Both the position numbers and the translations under genes were made by a program. A model generated the notes under the pieces. It made no database searches. It worked only from the letters and a program-made list of their open reading frames with translations, and was not told the DNA's origin. A stretch of DNA of 64,000 nucleotides from Escherichia phage PNJ-6, in the sequence record OQ076693. One strand, written 5' to 3'. Shown piece by piece: positions 49,611 through 59,414 of the stretch. Positions within the stretch are counted from its first letter, which is position 1, and each line of letters begins with the position of its first letter.

Positions 49611-49924
49611 ATTTCCTCGCAAAATGCCCATTCAGCGTGATAAACTGTAGCACCTTTAGTATTATTCATTTGAACTACGTCTACCGGAGAAATTACTCGA
49701 TAGAGACGTGGTTCACCTCCATAAGAGCGTGCTGCTCGTCCCGCATAAATCTTTGCTAAACCGATATCTTCAGTAAAGAATACCCGATCCAAGTTTTTCT
49801 TACGTCCTGTTTCAGACAGAACTCCTGTTTCCTCAGGAGGACAAAGCATGTTTTCGATGTTAGCTGAACTGCTTGAACCGTGATAAAAAATCTTAAATTC
49901 TGCTTTACAATCGATGGTTTTCAT
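49607..49924 (-). CDS. hypothetical protein
   Basis: 105-aa ORF (FYHGSSSS...RLYRVIS); early promoter 49951-49979; ATGA-coupled to next gene. Confidence 0.5.
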   Translation of the reverse strand: MKTIDCKAEFKIFYHGSSSSANIENMLCPPEETGVLSETGRKKNLDRVFFTEDIGLAKIYAGRAARSYGGEPRLYRVISPVDVVQMNNTKGATVYHAEWAFCEEI

Positions 49925-49950
49925 TTTGTTCTCCAGTAGTTGATAGGTCT

Positions 49951-49979
49951 ATAATAACACAACTACTGGAGAAGTAAAC
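49951..49979 (-). promoter_or_regulatory. T4-type early promoter (-35 GTTTAC, 17 bp, -10 TATTAT)
   Basis: rc of 49974-49979 is GTTTAC; rc of 49951-49956 is TATTAT; upstream of ORF 49607..49924. Confidence 0.55.
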
Positions 49980-50354
49980 TTAAAAACGTAATTTAGATAC
50001 ATCTGCGTTGATTTCGTTTTGGTTTGCGTCGTATGCAATTAAACGAACCGCTTTAGATGGGTCATTCAATGCATAGAAATGATGGAACATTGCTCGAACG
50101 ATATCACCATTTACGAGTTCTACCTGGATAGGAGAACCTTTTTCGAGTTGGAAATGTTCATAAGCTTTGATGGTTCGCAGATAATCAAGTTTTTGATTTC
50201 CGGCTCCAACAATTTGTACGATACGTTTGCCCATGTTTTCCATACGAGATACAATAGTTTTAGGAGCAAGAATAACATAGGTTGCCAGCGGAGAAACTAC
50301 TTCAACAGTTGTGTTTTCGGTGATTGCAGTAAAAATTGCTTGAGACATATTCAT
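49980..50354 (-). CDS. hypothetical protein
   Basis: 124-aa ORF directly downstream of gene 41. Confidence 0.5.
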   Translation of the reverse strand: MNMSQAIFTAITENTTVEVVSPLATYVILAPKTIVSRMENMGKRIVQIVGAGNQKLDYLRTIKAYEHFQLEKGSPIQVELVNGDIVRAMFHHFYALNDPSKAVRLIAYDANQNEINADVSKLRF

Positions 50355-50420
50355 AATGTTTTCCTCTTGGTTTGTGTAAGTACATCATATCATGCCTAGA
50401 GTAAGATGTAAACCCCGAAA

Positions 50421-50436
50421 GGAGACCGAAGTCTCC
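50421..50436 (-). terminator. hairpin downstream of gene 41
   Basis: GGAGAC-CGAA-GTCTCC, 6 nt after the gene 41 stop; T-run on the + side, so it may act in either direction. Confidence 0.45.
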
Positions 50437-50441
50437 TTTTA

Positions 50442-51884
50442 TTAAAATTTTAACTCGTTGGCTAAGCTATCTAGGTCAGCACGTGTTGCTTTGGCTTTAC
50501 CTACGCGTTCCGTACGATTCACCTCTGCCTGACGCATCTGAGCACCTGCGTTTTCATTTACTGTGTTAGATGTGTTCATGCCTTCTTGCTCAATCTCAAT
50601 CCATTTCTGGTTGCCTTTACGTACACCCATCAGGAATTTATTCCACTTATTCTTATCACCATATCGTGATTTGATTTGTTTGATAAGTTGTTGTTCAGCT
50701 TGTGCAAGTTCTTCGGTTTCAATTACGGCCAACATGAAATCTGCCGTTGCTGGTAAACCTGCTGATTCTGCAATATCGCTCATGTTCATATCCGAAGCAT
50801 CCCATGCTGCACGTCCTACTTGAGCTGCAGTCCATAGAACTGTTTCAGATTCTACTGCTAATGCACGAAGTTCTTCTGCGATAGCTTTAACTAATGTGTA
50901 GCTATTTTCAGTGTAAACTCTGATACGACAAGACCCACAAATACCTAAGTAATCAACCATGATTACAGATGGCACAAAGTTCTTCTTAAGTTTTAACTCA
51001 TTAAGCAATGCACGAAATGTATTAGCATTAGCTCCACCAGTAGGATACTGTTTAACTACTAAACGTCCTAATGTGGATTTTGAACGCCATTTTTCCATCT
51101 TGGCTTTATATTCAGCATAAGATACGTTACCATCATCAATATCATCGAGTGATACGTCAAGCATGTTTGCATCTATACGCTTAGCGCAAACTTCTTCAGC
51201 CATTTCCATAGAAATATAAAGAACATTATGACCTGTTTGAAGATAATCTGCAGCAAGTGAACAAAGGCCTAAAGATTTACCAACGTTAACGCCTGCCATT
51301 AAAACGTTTAGTGTACCTGTTTCTGCACCGCCTTTGGTGATTTTATTCAAAATGTTTAATTTGAACGGGACCTTACGTGCTTTGTTCAGATAAGAAAGCC
51401 AGCGGGTTTCATAGTCTTCCATCCAGTCATGTCCAACATAACTATCAAACGAAATTGAAAGTGCTTGACGCATAATATCAGGAATAGCTCCTACGTCAGG
51501 CATTTTCTTGTTACGTTGTTCTGGAGGTAGTTCAGCATTAGACTGAATCTCAATGATTTTGGATGTAGCATTATACATCGCTTTTTGCTGGACATATTTC
51601 TCAGTTTCTTTAACCAACCATTCGTGGTCTTCAGGAGTATCAGCCAATTTTTCAATTAGGTCTGAAGTTCCTTTATATTCGGCTTCAGTTAAAGAACTGT
51701 TATCTAAAGCCACCTTTAATGCATTGATAGACGGCATTGCATTATATTCGTTAACGTGGCTCTTTATAATTTTAAAGACATTTTTTGCCGGTCCACGCTC
51801 AAAATACTCAGAATCCATATAAGGCCAGACCTTAGAAAAATAAGCCTGGTCATATACTAGATGAGACAAAATAATTTCTACCAC
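50442..51884 (-). CDS. 41: replicative DNA helicase gp41 (DnaB family)
   Basis: 480-aa ORF; Walker A (LMAGVNVGKSLG), Walker B region (VIMVDYLG), DnaB-like C-terminal RecA fold. Confidence 0.9.
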   Translation of the reverse strand: MVEIILSHLVYDQAYFSKVWPYMDSEYFERGPAKNVFKIIKSHVNEYNAMPSINALKVALDNSSLTEAEYKGTSDLIEKLADTPEDHEWLVKETEKYVQQKAMYNATSKIIEIQSNAELPPEQRNKKMPDVGAIPDIMRQALSISFDSYVGHDWMEDYETRWLSYLNKARKVPFKLNILNKITKGGAETGTLNVLMAGVNVGKSLGLCSLAADYLQTGHNVLYISMEMAEEVCAKRIDANMLDVSLDDIDDGNVSYAEYKAKMEKWRSKSTLGRLVVKQYPTGGANANTFRALLNELKLKKNFVPSVIMVDYLGICGSCRIRVYTENSYTLVKAIAEELRALAVESETVLWTAAQVGRAAWDASDMNMSDIAESAGLPATADFMLAVIETEELAQAEQQLIKQIKSRYGDKNKWNKFLMGVRKGNQKWIEIEQEGMNTSNTVNENAGAQMRQAEVNRTERVGKAKATRADLDSLANELKF

Positions 51885-51893
51885 GATAACTCC

Positions 51894-52235
51894 TTAAAAG
51901 AATTTAAATTTTTTCTTGGTCCGTTCATTAAAAGCTTGTTGTACTTGCATTGTAACACATTTTTCAACATGTGGTGCAAGTTCTGCTTTTCTGTCCTGGT
52001 CAAGAACTGCAAAGTCCATTACGATTTTACCATCAACCCAGTCTAGTTTTGTAATATAGACTATATGATGAGAACCATCTTCAAGTGTAATCAGAATCTC
52101 TTGAATGACATTTTCCATTGCTGAACGGATAATTTTAAGAGATTCATTAAACACTCGTTCTTTGCGAATGTCTTCCCCTTCCGAAGAAGGGGATTCATCA
52201 ACGATTTCTAGATTTAAATCATCGAGATTATTCAT
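51894..52235 (-). CDS. small protein at the gene 40 position
   Basis: ORF 51894..52256 trimmed to internal ATG (MNNLDDLNLEIV...); between uvsX and 41 where T4 gene 40 lies; call by synteny and size only. Confidence 0.45.
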   Translation of the reverse strand: MNNLDDLNLEIVDESPSSEGEDIRKERVFNESLKIIRSAMENVIQEILITLEDGSHHIVYITKLDWVDGKIVMDFAVLDQDRKAELAPHVEKCVTMQVQQAFNERTKKKFKFF

Positions 52236-53400
52236 CGAAATCTTCCATTTCGTCAAGGTCGTTTTCTATATCTGCTGCAGACGGAGCATCAGAAGTTTTA
52301 ACCGGAACTTTAGTTGTTGCTTTGCAATTAATAAGGTCGTTAACAGCGTCATCAACTTCTTTAATAGAAGAGATAGCACCTAGTTTATATTTAGTTTCAA
52401 TTGCATCTCGGAAAGGTTTGTGTTTAAACAACGGTCCCCAGAATTCTACACAATCAGTAGCTTTAGCACGCCATGATTTTTCTTCACGAATCATTTCGCC
52501 TGTTTCTTCGTCAAGGAATTCTCGAGCATACCACCCGGCTTTAGGCTTAACTACAAAACCAATTTCAGTTGCCATTTCTAACAAGCCACTGAATGGGTCA
52601 ATACCACCATCGAAATTAACCGTGATTGGGAAAGTAGATTTTTCTTTAACGGTGCGAGATTTTTCTGCTTTCAACGTGAAGTCATAACCGGTCAATTCTG
52701 TACCTTCTTTAACCTGACGTTTAGAGATAAAGAATACAGTGTTAGCAGAGTAAAGAATACCTGTACCACCACCCATAATCTCTTTAGGATACAATCCGCC
52801 GATTTCCATTGCTGTATGGTTGATTGCAACACATGGAATATCTTTAATAGTCAGATAAGGAGTCACAATGCGGAACAGAGATTTAAGTGCCTTAGCACGA
52901 GACATATCACCTACAACTTTCTCGTTCAATGCATCTTCAGTTTCTTTCTTAGATGCAGTATTACCGATTGAATCGATAAAGATAATAACTTTATCACCGC
53001 GTTCAATCGCGTCAAGCTGATTAGTCATATCAACTTTAAGTTGTTCGACAGATTGAATCGGAGTATGAACTACACGGTCTAAATCAACACCCATTGAACG
53101 AAAATAAGATTCTGAAGCACCAAATTCCGAATCATAGAACAAACAAATTGCATCTTTATATTTCTTCATATATGCTGCAACCATGGTCAGTCCAAACAAC
53201 GTTTTAAAGTGTTTAGAAGGAGCAGCAAAAATAGTTAAGCCTGATTGCAACCCAGCATTCAGTGCACCACCTAATGCAATATTCAACATCGGAATACGAG
53301 TAGGGACTTCATCACGATTATTAAACAGCTTAGACTTAGTCAAGTCTGCAGTCATTTTAGAAGTAGAAGCTTTAATCAGACGAGATTTTAAATCAGACAT
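52228..53400 (-). CDS. uvsX: recombinase UvsX (RecA/Rad51 family)
   Basis: 390-aa ORF; Walker A-like P-loop (FAAPSKHFKT), RecA core, acidic C-terminus (DLDEMEDFDE). Confidence 0.9.
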   Translation of the reverse strand: MSDLKSRLIKASTSKMTADLTKSKLFNNRDEVPTRIPMLNIALGGALNAGLQSGLTIFAAPSKHFKTLFGLTMVAAYMKKYKDAICLFYDSEFGASESYFRSMGVDLDRVVHTPIQSVEQLKVDMTNQLDAIERGDKVIIFIDSIGNTASKKETEDALNEKVVGDMSRAKALKSLFRIVTPYLTIKDIPCVAINHTAMEIGGLYPKEIMGGGTGILYSANTVFFISKRQVKEGTELTGYDFTLKAEKSRTVKEKSTFPITVNFDGGIDPFSGLLEMATEIGFVVKPKAGWYAREFLDEETGEMIREEKSWRAKATDCVEFWGPLFKHKPFRDAIETKYKLGAISSIKEVDDAVNDLINCKATTKVPVKTSDAPSAADIENDLDEMEDFDE

Positions 53401-53499
53401 TGTATTTTTCCATAGGCATCATTATATTTTACTCATGTTTAAAAGATAAGACGATTATATACTAAGGGTTATACAGCATTTAAAACTTTAAACAGGCTC

Positions 53500-54048
53500 T
53501 TAACGAGCCCATTTGATAATTTCTGTAATCAAATTATTACGTTCGCTTGCATTAAATCCTATAACTTTGTTAGCACCATCATGATTAAGTAATTGATACG
53601 TTTGGATTTCGTTATGAATTGCAAACTCTTCAAAATACGAAATGACTGTATTAAACCTGAATGAAGACAAAGTAATAAGGTCGTCTTCAAAACTTTCAGT
53701 CATTTCGTTACGTGTTAAAATAATTGTGAACACATCATGGTTTTGGCAAAGACGAACATAATCCTGTTCATAAACGTCAAGAACCGAGTCCGCATCTTGT
53801 CGAATACGTCCATAAACCCAGTTACTAATATATCCACGGTCTAACAGATAAATCTTAGTAGGGTCTAAATAATTCAACATCGTTTCGAAACAGCCAACTT
53901 CATTTCGAGACTTAACATCGAAACGTCCATCAACTGTTCGTTTAGGGAAATCAATCTTTACATATCTTTCACTAATTTCCATTATGTCATTAATGAAAGT
54001 TGTTTTACCAGCATTATCCGGGCCATCTACTAAAATAATTTTAGCCAT
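53500..54048 (-). CDS. P-loop kinase-like protein
   Basis: 182-aa ORF with N-terminal Walker A (ILVDGPDNAGKTT), like small nucleoside/nucleotide kinases; occupies part of the T4 beta-gt interval between uvsX and 42. Confidence 0.5.
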   Translation of the reverse strand: MAKIILVDGPDNAGKTTFINDIMEISERYVKIDFPKRTVDGRFDVKSRNEVGCFETMLNYLDPTKIYLLDRGYISNWVYGRIRQDADSVLDVYEQDYVRLCQNHDVFTIILTRNEMTESFEDDLITLSSFRFNTVISYFEEFAIHNEIQTYQLLNHDGANKVIGFNASERNNLITEIIKWAR

Positions 54049-54049
54049 T

Positions 54050-54949
54050 TTATTCCTCGATTACGACATCTTCATATTTAGGTATATTATACGGCGAAGA
54101 AATTAAAGCATTAAAGTAGATGAACTCGCCAAGACCTGGATGGAATACTTCTTCAGGATTTTCGAAGTATTGAATCTTCGGACGTCCTTTAAGAATTTGA
54201 TAGTACTCAGTTTTAGTTGGTTTAAAAATTCGAATCAGCGCTTCTTCAGGATACTTATTTCTGTCGAAGCTATTATTTGGATCGGTTATATAAAGCGGTT
54301 GACCTAATTGAATTGCACATTCAACCACTTGTTCAAAACGATAGCACGGGTCACTAATTCGAAATGGATGAAAAATACCATCTAGATGAATAGGAGCCAA
54401 ATCACCTACAAGACGCTGCATGATGGAAGGACGTATAACTTTCTGCGTTACGATAATCTTATTACCATCTGCACCTGCGTTAACCAGCACTTCTTTTTGA
54501 CGTTCATTCAACACAGTAGTTTGAAGTGAACGATTAACAGACAACATGTCGGTTTTTAAGAATTCGTCAATATAAAAACGTGGTTTATTAGGGTCTGCAG
54601 TGATATTGAAATTGAATTCTACGTCAAAATTGCCGTCATATCCAGTGATATCTGTGATTAGAAAATCACAATCATAATAATCAATTAATGAATCAACCAC
54701 AAATTCATTTTCAGACCAGAAATATTTACGAGTGTTATATGCGTTATCTTTATACCATAATGGAACAAACTTAAATTCTGGGAAAAGACGTTCGCATTCT
54801 TTAATATCAGATGCATTACGTGGATATGTAATCACATCACCCGGATTAGCACGGTGCAAATGAAGTTGGAAGTTGCCATCCTTAAGGATAGCATACTGTC
54901 CAGTTTCATAAGACCGCATACTCAAGATAGGTACGCGGAAAATAGCCAT
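54050..54949 (-). CDS. hypothetical protein (in place of T4 beta-glucosyltransferase)
   Basis: 299-aa ORF immediately upstream of gene 42, overlap-coupled; no recognisable motif by eye. Confidence 0.5.
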   Translation of the reverse strand: MAIFRVPILSMRSYETGQYAILKDGNFQLHLHRANPGDVITYPRNASDIKECERLFPEFKFVPLWYKDNAYNTRKYFWSENEFVVDSLIDYYDCDFLITDITGYDGNFDVEFNFNITADPNKPRFYIDEFLKTDMLSVNRSLQTTVLNERQKEVLVNAGADGNKIIVTQKVIRPSIMQRLVGDLAPIHLDGIFHPFRISDPCYRFEQVVECAIQLGQPLYITDPNNSFDRNKYPEEALIRIFKPTKTEYYQILKGRPKIQYFENPEEVFHPGLGEFIYFNALISSPYNIPKYEDVVIEE

Positions 54950-55665
54950 TAGACAAGGAATCCTTTAACATAATCAAAATCACGTTCAAACACATGGGCA
55001 CTTACCATGGTATGAGTATAATCACCAACTTCTACACCACATTCGTTAGCGATATAATGAAGTAATTTTCCTTGGAGATAAAAATCCAACTGCATAACAA
55101 CAGCACAGTTCTGAGAACGCATATGACAGTGGGTATAAAGCTTACCATCACGAATATAATAAGTCACTGAGTCAGTACATGGATATTCAAGTGTTTCGTC
55201 TGAATCAAGCAAAGCCTGATCAGAACTTTCTAGAATTTGGAACACAACTCTTCGAGAGTTAGGTTTTTCTTTAAGTTCTTTTAGAAGAGTTGGTAACTGG
55301 GCCGCAATGCGAGGACCATAGAAAGTGTTGAAGTTTGCAGGCAAAGCGTCTGATTTAGGTTTAGAAATAAATTTAGCGACGTTAGGATATGCCTTAAATG
55401 CTTCTTTTGCATCAGTACCACCAGAAATCATAAATTTCCAGAAATCTTCAGCATATTCATAAGAGATGCGATTAATACGTGGGTCGGTCATTTTGAATGA
55501 TGAAGGGGTATCAACAACTACTGTCATAGACCCAATTTCATTACAACGTCCAATACGAGAATCAGTAACGAACTGTGGATTTTCTAAAATTTCACGATTG
55601 ACAGCTTTAAATGCGGATTGAAAATCTGCGGCTTTAATATATTTCATTGTGTTATGTTTTCCCAT
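54949..55665 (-). CDS. 42: dCMP hydroxymethylase (thymidylate synthase fold)
   Basis: 238-aa ORF with TS-fold catalytic-cysteine region (LEYPCTDSVTYYIRDGKLYTHCHMRSQN); synteny uvsX...42...43. Confidence 0.72.
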   Translation of the reverse strand: MGKHNTMKYIKAADFQSAFKAVNREILENPQFVTDSRIGRCNEIGSMTVVVDTPSSFKMTDPRINRISYEYAEDFWKFMISGGTDAKEAFKAYPNVAKFISKPKSDALPANFNTFYGPRIAAQLPTLLKELKEKPNSRRVVFQILESSDQALLDSDETLEYPCTDSVTYYIRDGKLYTHCHMRSQNCAVVMQLDFYLQGKLLHYIANECGVEVGDYTHTMVSAHVFERDFDYVKGFLV

Positions 55666-55683
55666 GTTTACCTCAATACAGTT

Positions 55684-55708
55684 ATTATATACTCAATTCA
55701 TAAAGCTT
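55684..55708 (-). promoter_or_regulatory. possible MotA-dependent middle promoter for gene 42
   Basis: Minus-strand AAGCTTTA (near match to the MotA box) 11 bp upstream of TATAAT (rc of 55684-55689); about 20 nt upstream of the gene 42 ATG. Confidence 0.3.
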
Positions 55709-55785
55709 ATTTGAATTTCTTAGCGATGTTGATATAACGTAAAGCTTCAGCATCGATATTTCCAAGAACACTATGAAGAAATGCA

Positions 55786-55947
55786 TCAGCGTAGTATTCT
55801 AGTTGAACAGGTTTCTTTAATCACTTTAGCCGCTTTAGTTTCAAACAGGCCCATAAGGGCCTTTTTAAGAATTTGTTCGTTGCTGTTAATTTTAATAGTC
55901 AAAATCTCTTCGTTAAGTTGGTGGTTAAAAGTTTTTCTAGAAATCAT
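55786..55947 (-). CDS. small ORF (53 aa) coupled to the upstream cassette gene
   Basis: Below ORF-track cutoff; ATG overlaps the stop of ORF 55944..57104 (ATGA); contains a GGCCC-TTAT-GGGCC hairpin, so it could instead be a terminator region. Confidence 0.25.
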   Translation of the reverse strand: MISRKTFNHQLNEEILTIKINSNEQILKKALMGLFETKAAKVIKETCSTRILR

Positions 55948-57104
55948 TCTGGGTACCTCAAAGCGTCATCAGAGTTAGTTATATCAATAATAGATATAGA
56001 GTTTTCTGATAACCCATTTTTAGATAACTGACGTTTATAATATCTTTCACAATATGTACACGTCGTCCCGCAGATTTCATTAGCACAATCGAAATCTGGA
56101 TGTTTGAACCACCTTTTTTCTAAAAAGCCATCTAACAAAGAGGTTTCAATATTTACCGTATGTGAAAACTCAGTCTCATTTTCAAGAGTGAAAATGGTCT
56201 CTAAAGGCTTCCACAATTCCAACAAATTACCTTCAAACTTTTCAGAAGCGTAAGCTTCAAGAACTTTCAAAATGTAGTCGGTGCTACCTGTACGTCCTGA
56301 AACTTTAAATTGAGTGATACCAATATCATTATAAAGTTTCAAATCTTGGGGACGAACAAAACGAGTTCTCAACCAGTTAAATGGGTCTGTATCACGAGCT
56401 TTAATACAGTGCTGCATAGGATATCCATTTAAGGATTTAGCATCATCAGCTGTAACATCAGTACTATGGAAAATATAGCAAGAGTCACGATAGCTACAAT
56501 GTGTTGTATACCCTTTACCAGCATTAGAACAGAACTCATTTACAAGAACTTCAAATATTATATTGTTCTTATTACAAAACTCTGCTGCACGCTTCAGGAA
56601 AGAAACTGAACGGTTCTTATGAATTCCACAGCAGACCTTTTTGATATTATATTGGTCATGCAAGTATTTGATTTGAGTTACAGCATCGACATGTAGAATT
56701 GTTGAAACTTCAATCTCAATGTCTTTATTGACTTCACGAACAATTTCCATAACAACAGGGTTAGCGATAGTAATACGCCATACGCCTATTGACCAAAGAT
56801 ACTGAACATAATCCTGAATAGCTTTCTTCTTCCACTCAACTAGTTCTCTTTTTGAACCAGGATTTATCGTGTTGAGTGTATAGTTAAAGCAAATACCTAA
56901 TTCGTTACAACGTTTAACGTAATCTTCTAACATCTTTTTGTCAACGTCAGGAAGCCTAAAATCAGGTCTGGCTGCTACAAAAGCCATTTCTCTTGTAGAG
57001 CCGTATACTTCGTTTATCAAGCTATTAGGATAAGTTTTATTGAGCTCTACGATTTTATCAAGAAGAGCTAAATCAAAATTCGTTCCGATTTTAAAAGTAT
57101 TCAT
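55944..57104 (-). CDS. Cys-rich protein, distant peptidase-U32-like resemblance; function unknown
   Basis: 386-aa ORF; segment FEVLVNEFCSNAGKGYTTHCSYRDSC resembles the U32 signature; C-terminal cysteine cluster CANEICGTTCTYCERYY; first gene downstream of the sugar cassette. Confidence 0.35.
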   Translation of the reverse strand: MNTFKIGTNFDLALLDKIVELNKTYPNSLINEVYGSTREMAFVAARPDFRLPDVDKKMLEDYVKRCNELGICFNYTLNTINPGSKRELVEWKKKAIQDYVQYLWSIGVWRITIANPVVMEIVREVNKDIEIEVSTILHVDAVTQIKYLHDQYNIKKVCCGIHKNRSVSFLKRAAEFCNKNNIIFEVLVNEFCSNAGKGYTTHCSYRDSCYIFHSTDVTADDAKSLNGYPMQHCIKARDTDPFNWLRTRFVRPQDLKLYNDIGITQFKVSGRTGSTDYILKVLEAYASEKFEGNLLELWKPLETIFTLENETEFSHTVNIETSLLDGFLEKRWFKHPDFDCANEICGTTCTYCERYYKRQLSKNGLSENSISIIDITNSDDALRYPE

Positions 57105-57161
57105 TTTTTTTGCATCTCACGTTAATTGACGCGATGGTTTTTGCAGGTCTTACTTAAATTA

Positions 57162-57563
57162 TTATAGATTCGGTTTATATGATTTAAATGTTTCGAATTC
57201 GCCTTTATTCATAAGAGCTTTGAATTCGTCAGGACGCATAGCTTTATCGTCGATAATCCAATCATATACTGGTTTATGTGTTAGCAAATTATGGTACTTC
57301 AAGCCAATGTTTGCCAAGTTCTGAATCAGACTTGGGAGAATGTCAATTGCTATACGACCAGGACCGACTGACTTCATACCGCGAGCAGTGTAAAGCGTTA
57401 TGGTATGCCCTGCATCATACAGGGCATTAATGGCAGACACCATTTCGACGTCTGGTTTGAAGTTCACGTAATCACGATTGTTATTCCACTCTGTTATACA
57501 ATCATCGACATCAAAACAAAGATTAAGCATGTTTTCTACACGGTGCATTAGATTCGTTCCCAT
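57162..57563 (-). CDS. HAD-superfamily phosphatase (minimal)
   Basis: 133-aa ORF with HAD motif I DxDxT (LCFDVDDCITEW), motif II-like TARG, motif IV-like acidic pair (YDWIIDDKA). Confidence 0.6.
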   Translation of the reverse strand: MGTNLMHRVENMLNLCFDVDDCITEWNNNRDYVNFKPDVEMVSAINALYDAGHTITLYTARGMKSVGPGRIAIDILPSLIQNLANIGLKYHNLLTHKPVYDWIIDDKAMRPDEFKALMNKGEFETFKSYKPNL

Positions 57564-59233
57564 TGATGAGTGATATCGCCACCGATTGGACGATAAGAAA
57601 CACCAGTTTCTTTATCAGTTAGTACCCATTTACCAGGATTTTTTGTAATCAGAGTAGCCGTTACAGGTTCTGCTACGTCATAACTAATAGAGCCGTCCTG
57701 AAGTACACGGCCCATGTTACGTAATTGCTTAGTCAGAAGTTCCATACCTTTATAATATGCGGCTACCGCTTTAAGTGGATTATTCTTGAAATAACCACCT
57801 AATGCAATCCAGATAATTGCCACTGCCAAATGATGATACTCGTTAAACGAACTCATCTTTCCATATTTGTAAACTAATGGATTGATGTTAATAGTCACAT
57901 TACAAGTTGTTTCATCAATAGTAAACTGGCCCCAGGTCGGATTAGCGTTGAATTCATCATAACCTGAAACAGCATAAAGCACTTTAGCTTCATCGTACAA
58001 TTTTGGCCCGTAAATCTTGGTTTCGCCAAAATATCCACGAGGGTCGATAAACTTGACTTCACCGTTATCAGTAATCATAGTATTACTGAAGTTCGGGTCG
58101 CCATGAATAACAGAGTACTGTCCCTGAGAACGGTTATGATAACGAATAAGATGTTCTAAAGCTTGTTTCAGCATTGGCTTCAGACGCCCAATCTTAGTGT
58201 AGTTCACATGTGTGATTTTACCAAATGAATCAATCAATGGTTGAATACTTTCACAACGATCAATAACTTTCGTATAGAATTCTTTAGTGAAATCACGGCG
58301 AACAGTTTCAGGACTTACAAAATAAGTGTCTGTGCTGAATTTCAGTGCATCTAAAATTGCATCAACAATTTGTGGACGAGCAAGACTCGATTTGGATTTA
58401 ATATATTCAAATGCCGGCTTACCTTTAATGCGTTCCATTTCAAAGTTATTTTCATTAACAGAAACTAACTGAGGAACTGAATCTGATTTCACTTTAAGAT
58501 ACCATGAAATCTCATCTTTCTGAAGAGCTCGACCCTGTTCGGTTAATGCGAATTTAGTTACAGTTTCTTCACCAATTTCAACTGCATTAAAACTACGATT
58601 AAGTTCACGAACTTCATGAGCTTTTTCAAGTTTAGGCATATCACCTAAATCAATTAGATTCATAAGCTCTGATTTATTGAATGCACTGCCGTAAAGAAAT
58701 TCTACGAAATCACGTCCTTTGCAGTATTCATGAATTTCCTCATCAGTAGAGCCCATATAGAATTCCCAGTCTTTGAACTGATAAATTCCTACAACATTAC
58801 CACCTGTTGAACCTACGTTAGTGATATTTTCACCGTCGAAATTATATCGGCATTCGTCACCCTTAACATAGATTGCGTTAACATTCCAAGACCATGAACC
58901 GAAATCAGGAATAATATCACACCAGTTAACAATTACATTATGGCCGTCTAAATCTTTGTGTAATTTAGCAAGAGCATAAGCAGAACCATACGCTTCATCA
59001 ACTGTACGAATAGTCACATTGAACCCTTCTTGCTCACAATAAGCTCGAACAGTTTCAGCAAATTTTGAATGAACTACTACAATAATTTCATCTGCGCCAA
59101 GGTCAGAATAAATTGTATACAAATTGCTCAGAATAGTGTCTTGTTTATAGTTAACAAGCACCTTAGGAATATGATGCGTTATTGGATACAAACGAGTTGC
59201 CAGTCCAGCACCAAGAATAACAGCTTTTTTCAT
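57548..59233 (-). CDS. bifunctional sugar kinase / sugar-1-phosphate nucleotidyltransferase
   Basis: 561-aa ORF; N-terminal NTP-transferase signature (MKKAVILGAGLATRLYPIT...PKVLV); C-terminal APH/choline-kinase-type motif (VIHGDPNFSNTMITDNGEVKFIDPRG); overlaps the HAD gene by 16 nt. Confidence 0.7.
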   Translation of the reverse strand: MKKAVILGAGLATRLYPITHHIPKVLVNYKQDTILSNLYTIYSDLGADEIIVVVHSKFAETVRAYCEQEGFNVTIRTVDEAYGSAYALAKLHKDLDGHNVIVNWCDIIPDFGSWSWNVNAIYVKGDECRYNFDGENITNVGSTGGNVVGIYQFKDWEFYMGSTDEEIHEYCKGRDFVEFLYGSAFNKSELMNLIDLGDMPKLEKAHEVRELNRSFNAVEIGEETVTKFALTEQGRALQKDEISWYLKVKSDSVPQLVSVNENNFEMERIKGKPAFEYIKSKSSLARPQIVDAILDALKFSTDTYFVSPETVRRDFTKEFYTKVIDRCESIQPLIDSFGKITHVNYTKIGRLKPMLKQALEHLIRYHNRSQGQYSVIHGDPNFSNTMITDNGEVKFIDPRGYFGETKIYGPKLYDEAKVLYAVSGYDEFNANPTWGQFTIDETTCNVTININPLVYKYGKMSSFNEYHHLAVAIIWIALGGYFKNNPLKAVAAYYKGMELLTKQLRNMGRVLQDGSISYDVAEPVTATLITKNPGKWVLTDKETGVSYRPIGGDITHQWERI

Positions 59234-59414
59234 GTTGTGGTCCTCATTGGTAAGTAGGAGTATTGTACACTATTCTAGTTAAAGCATTCATACTTTGCTT
59301 GTAGTCCAATCATAATCCATCCGATTACAAGTGTTGGAATCATTACTGGAGCTTAACGGCTCCAGTAGATAGTCATGACAAGCATCAATAGTAAAAGTCC
59401 TATTGTTATTGCTT

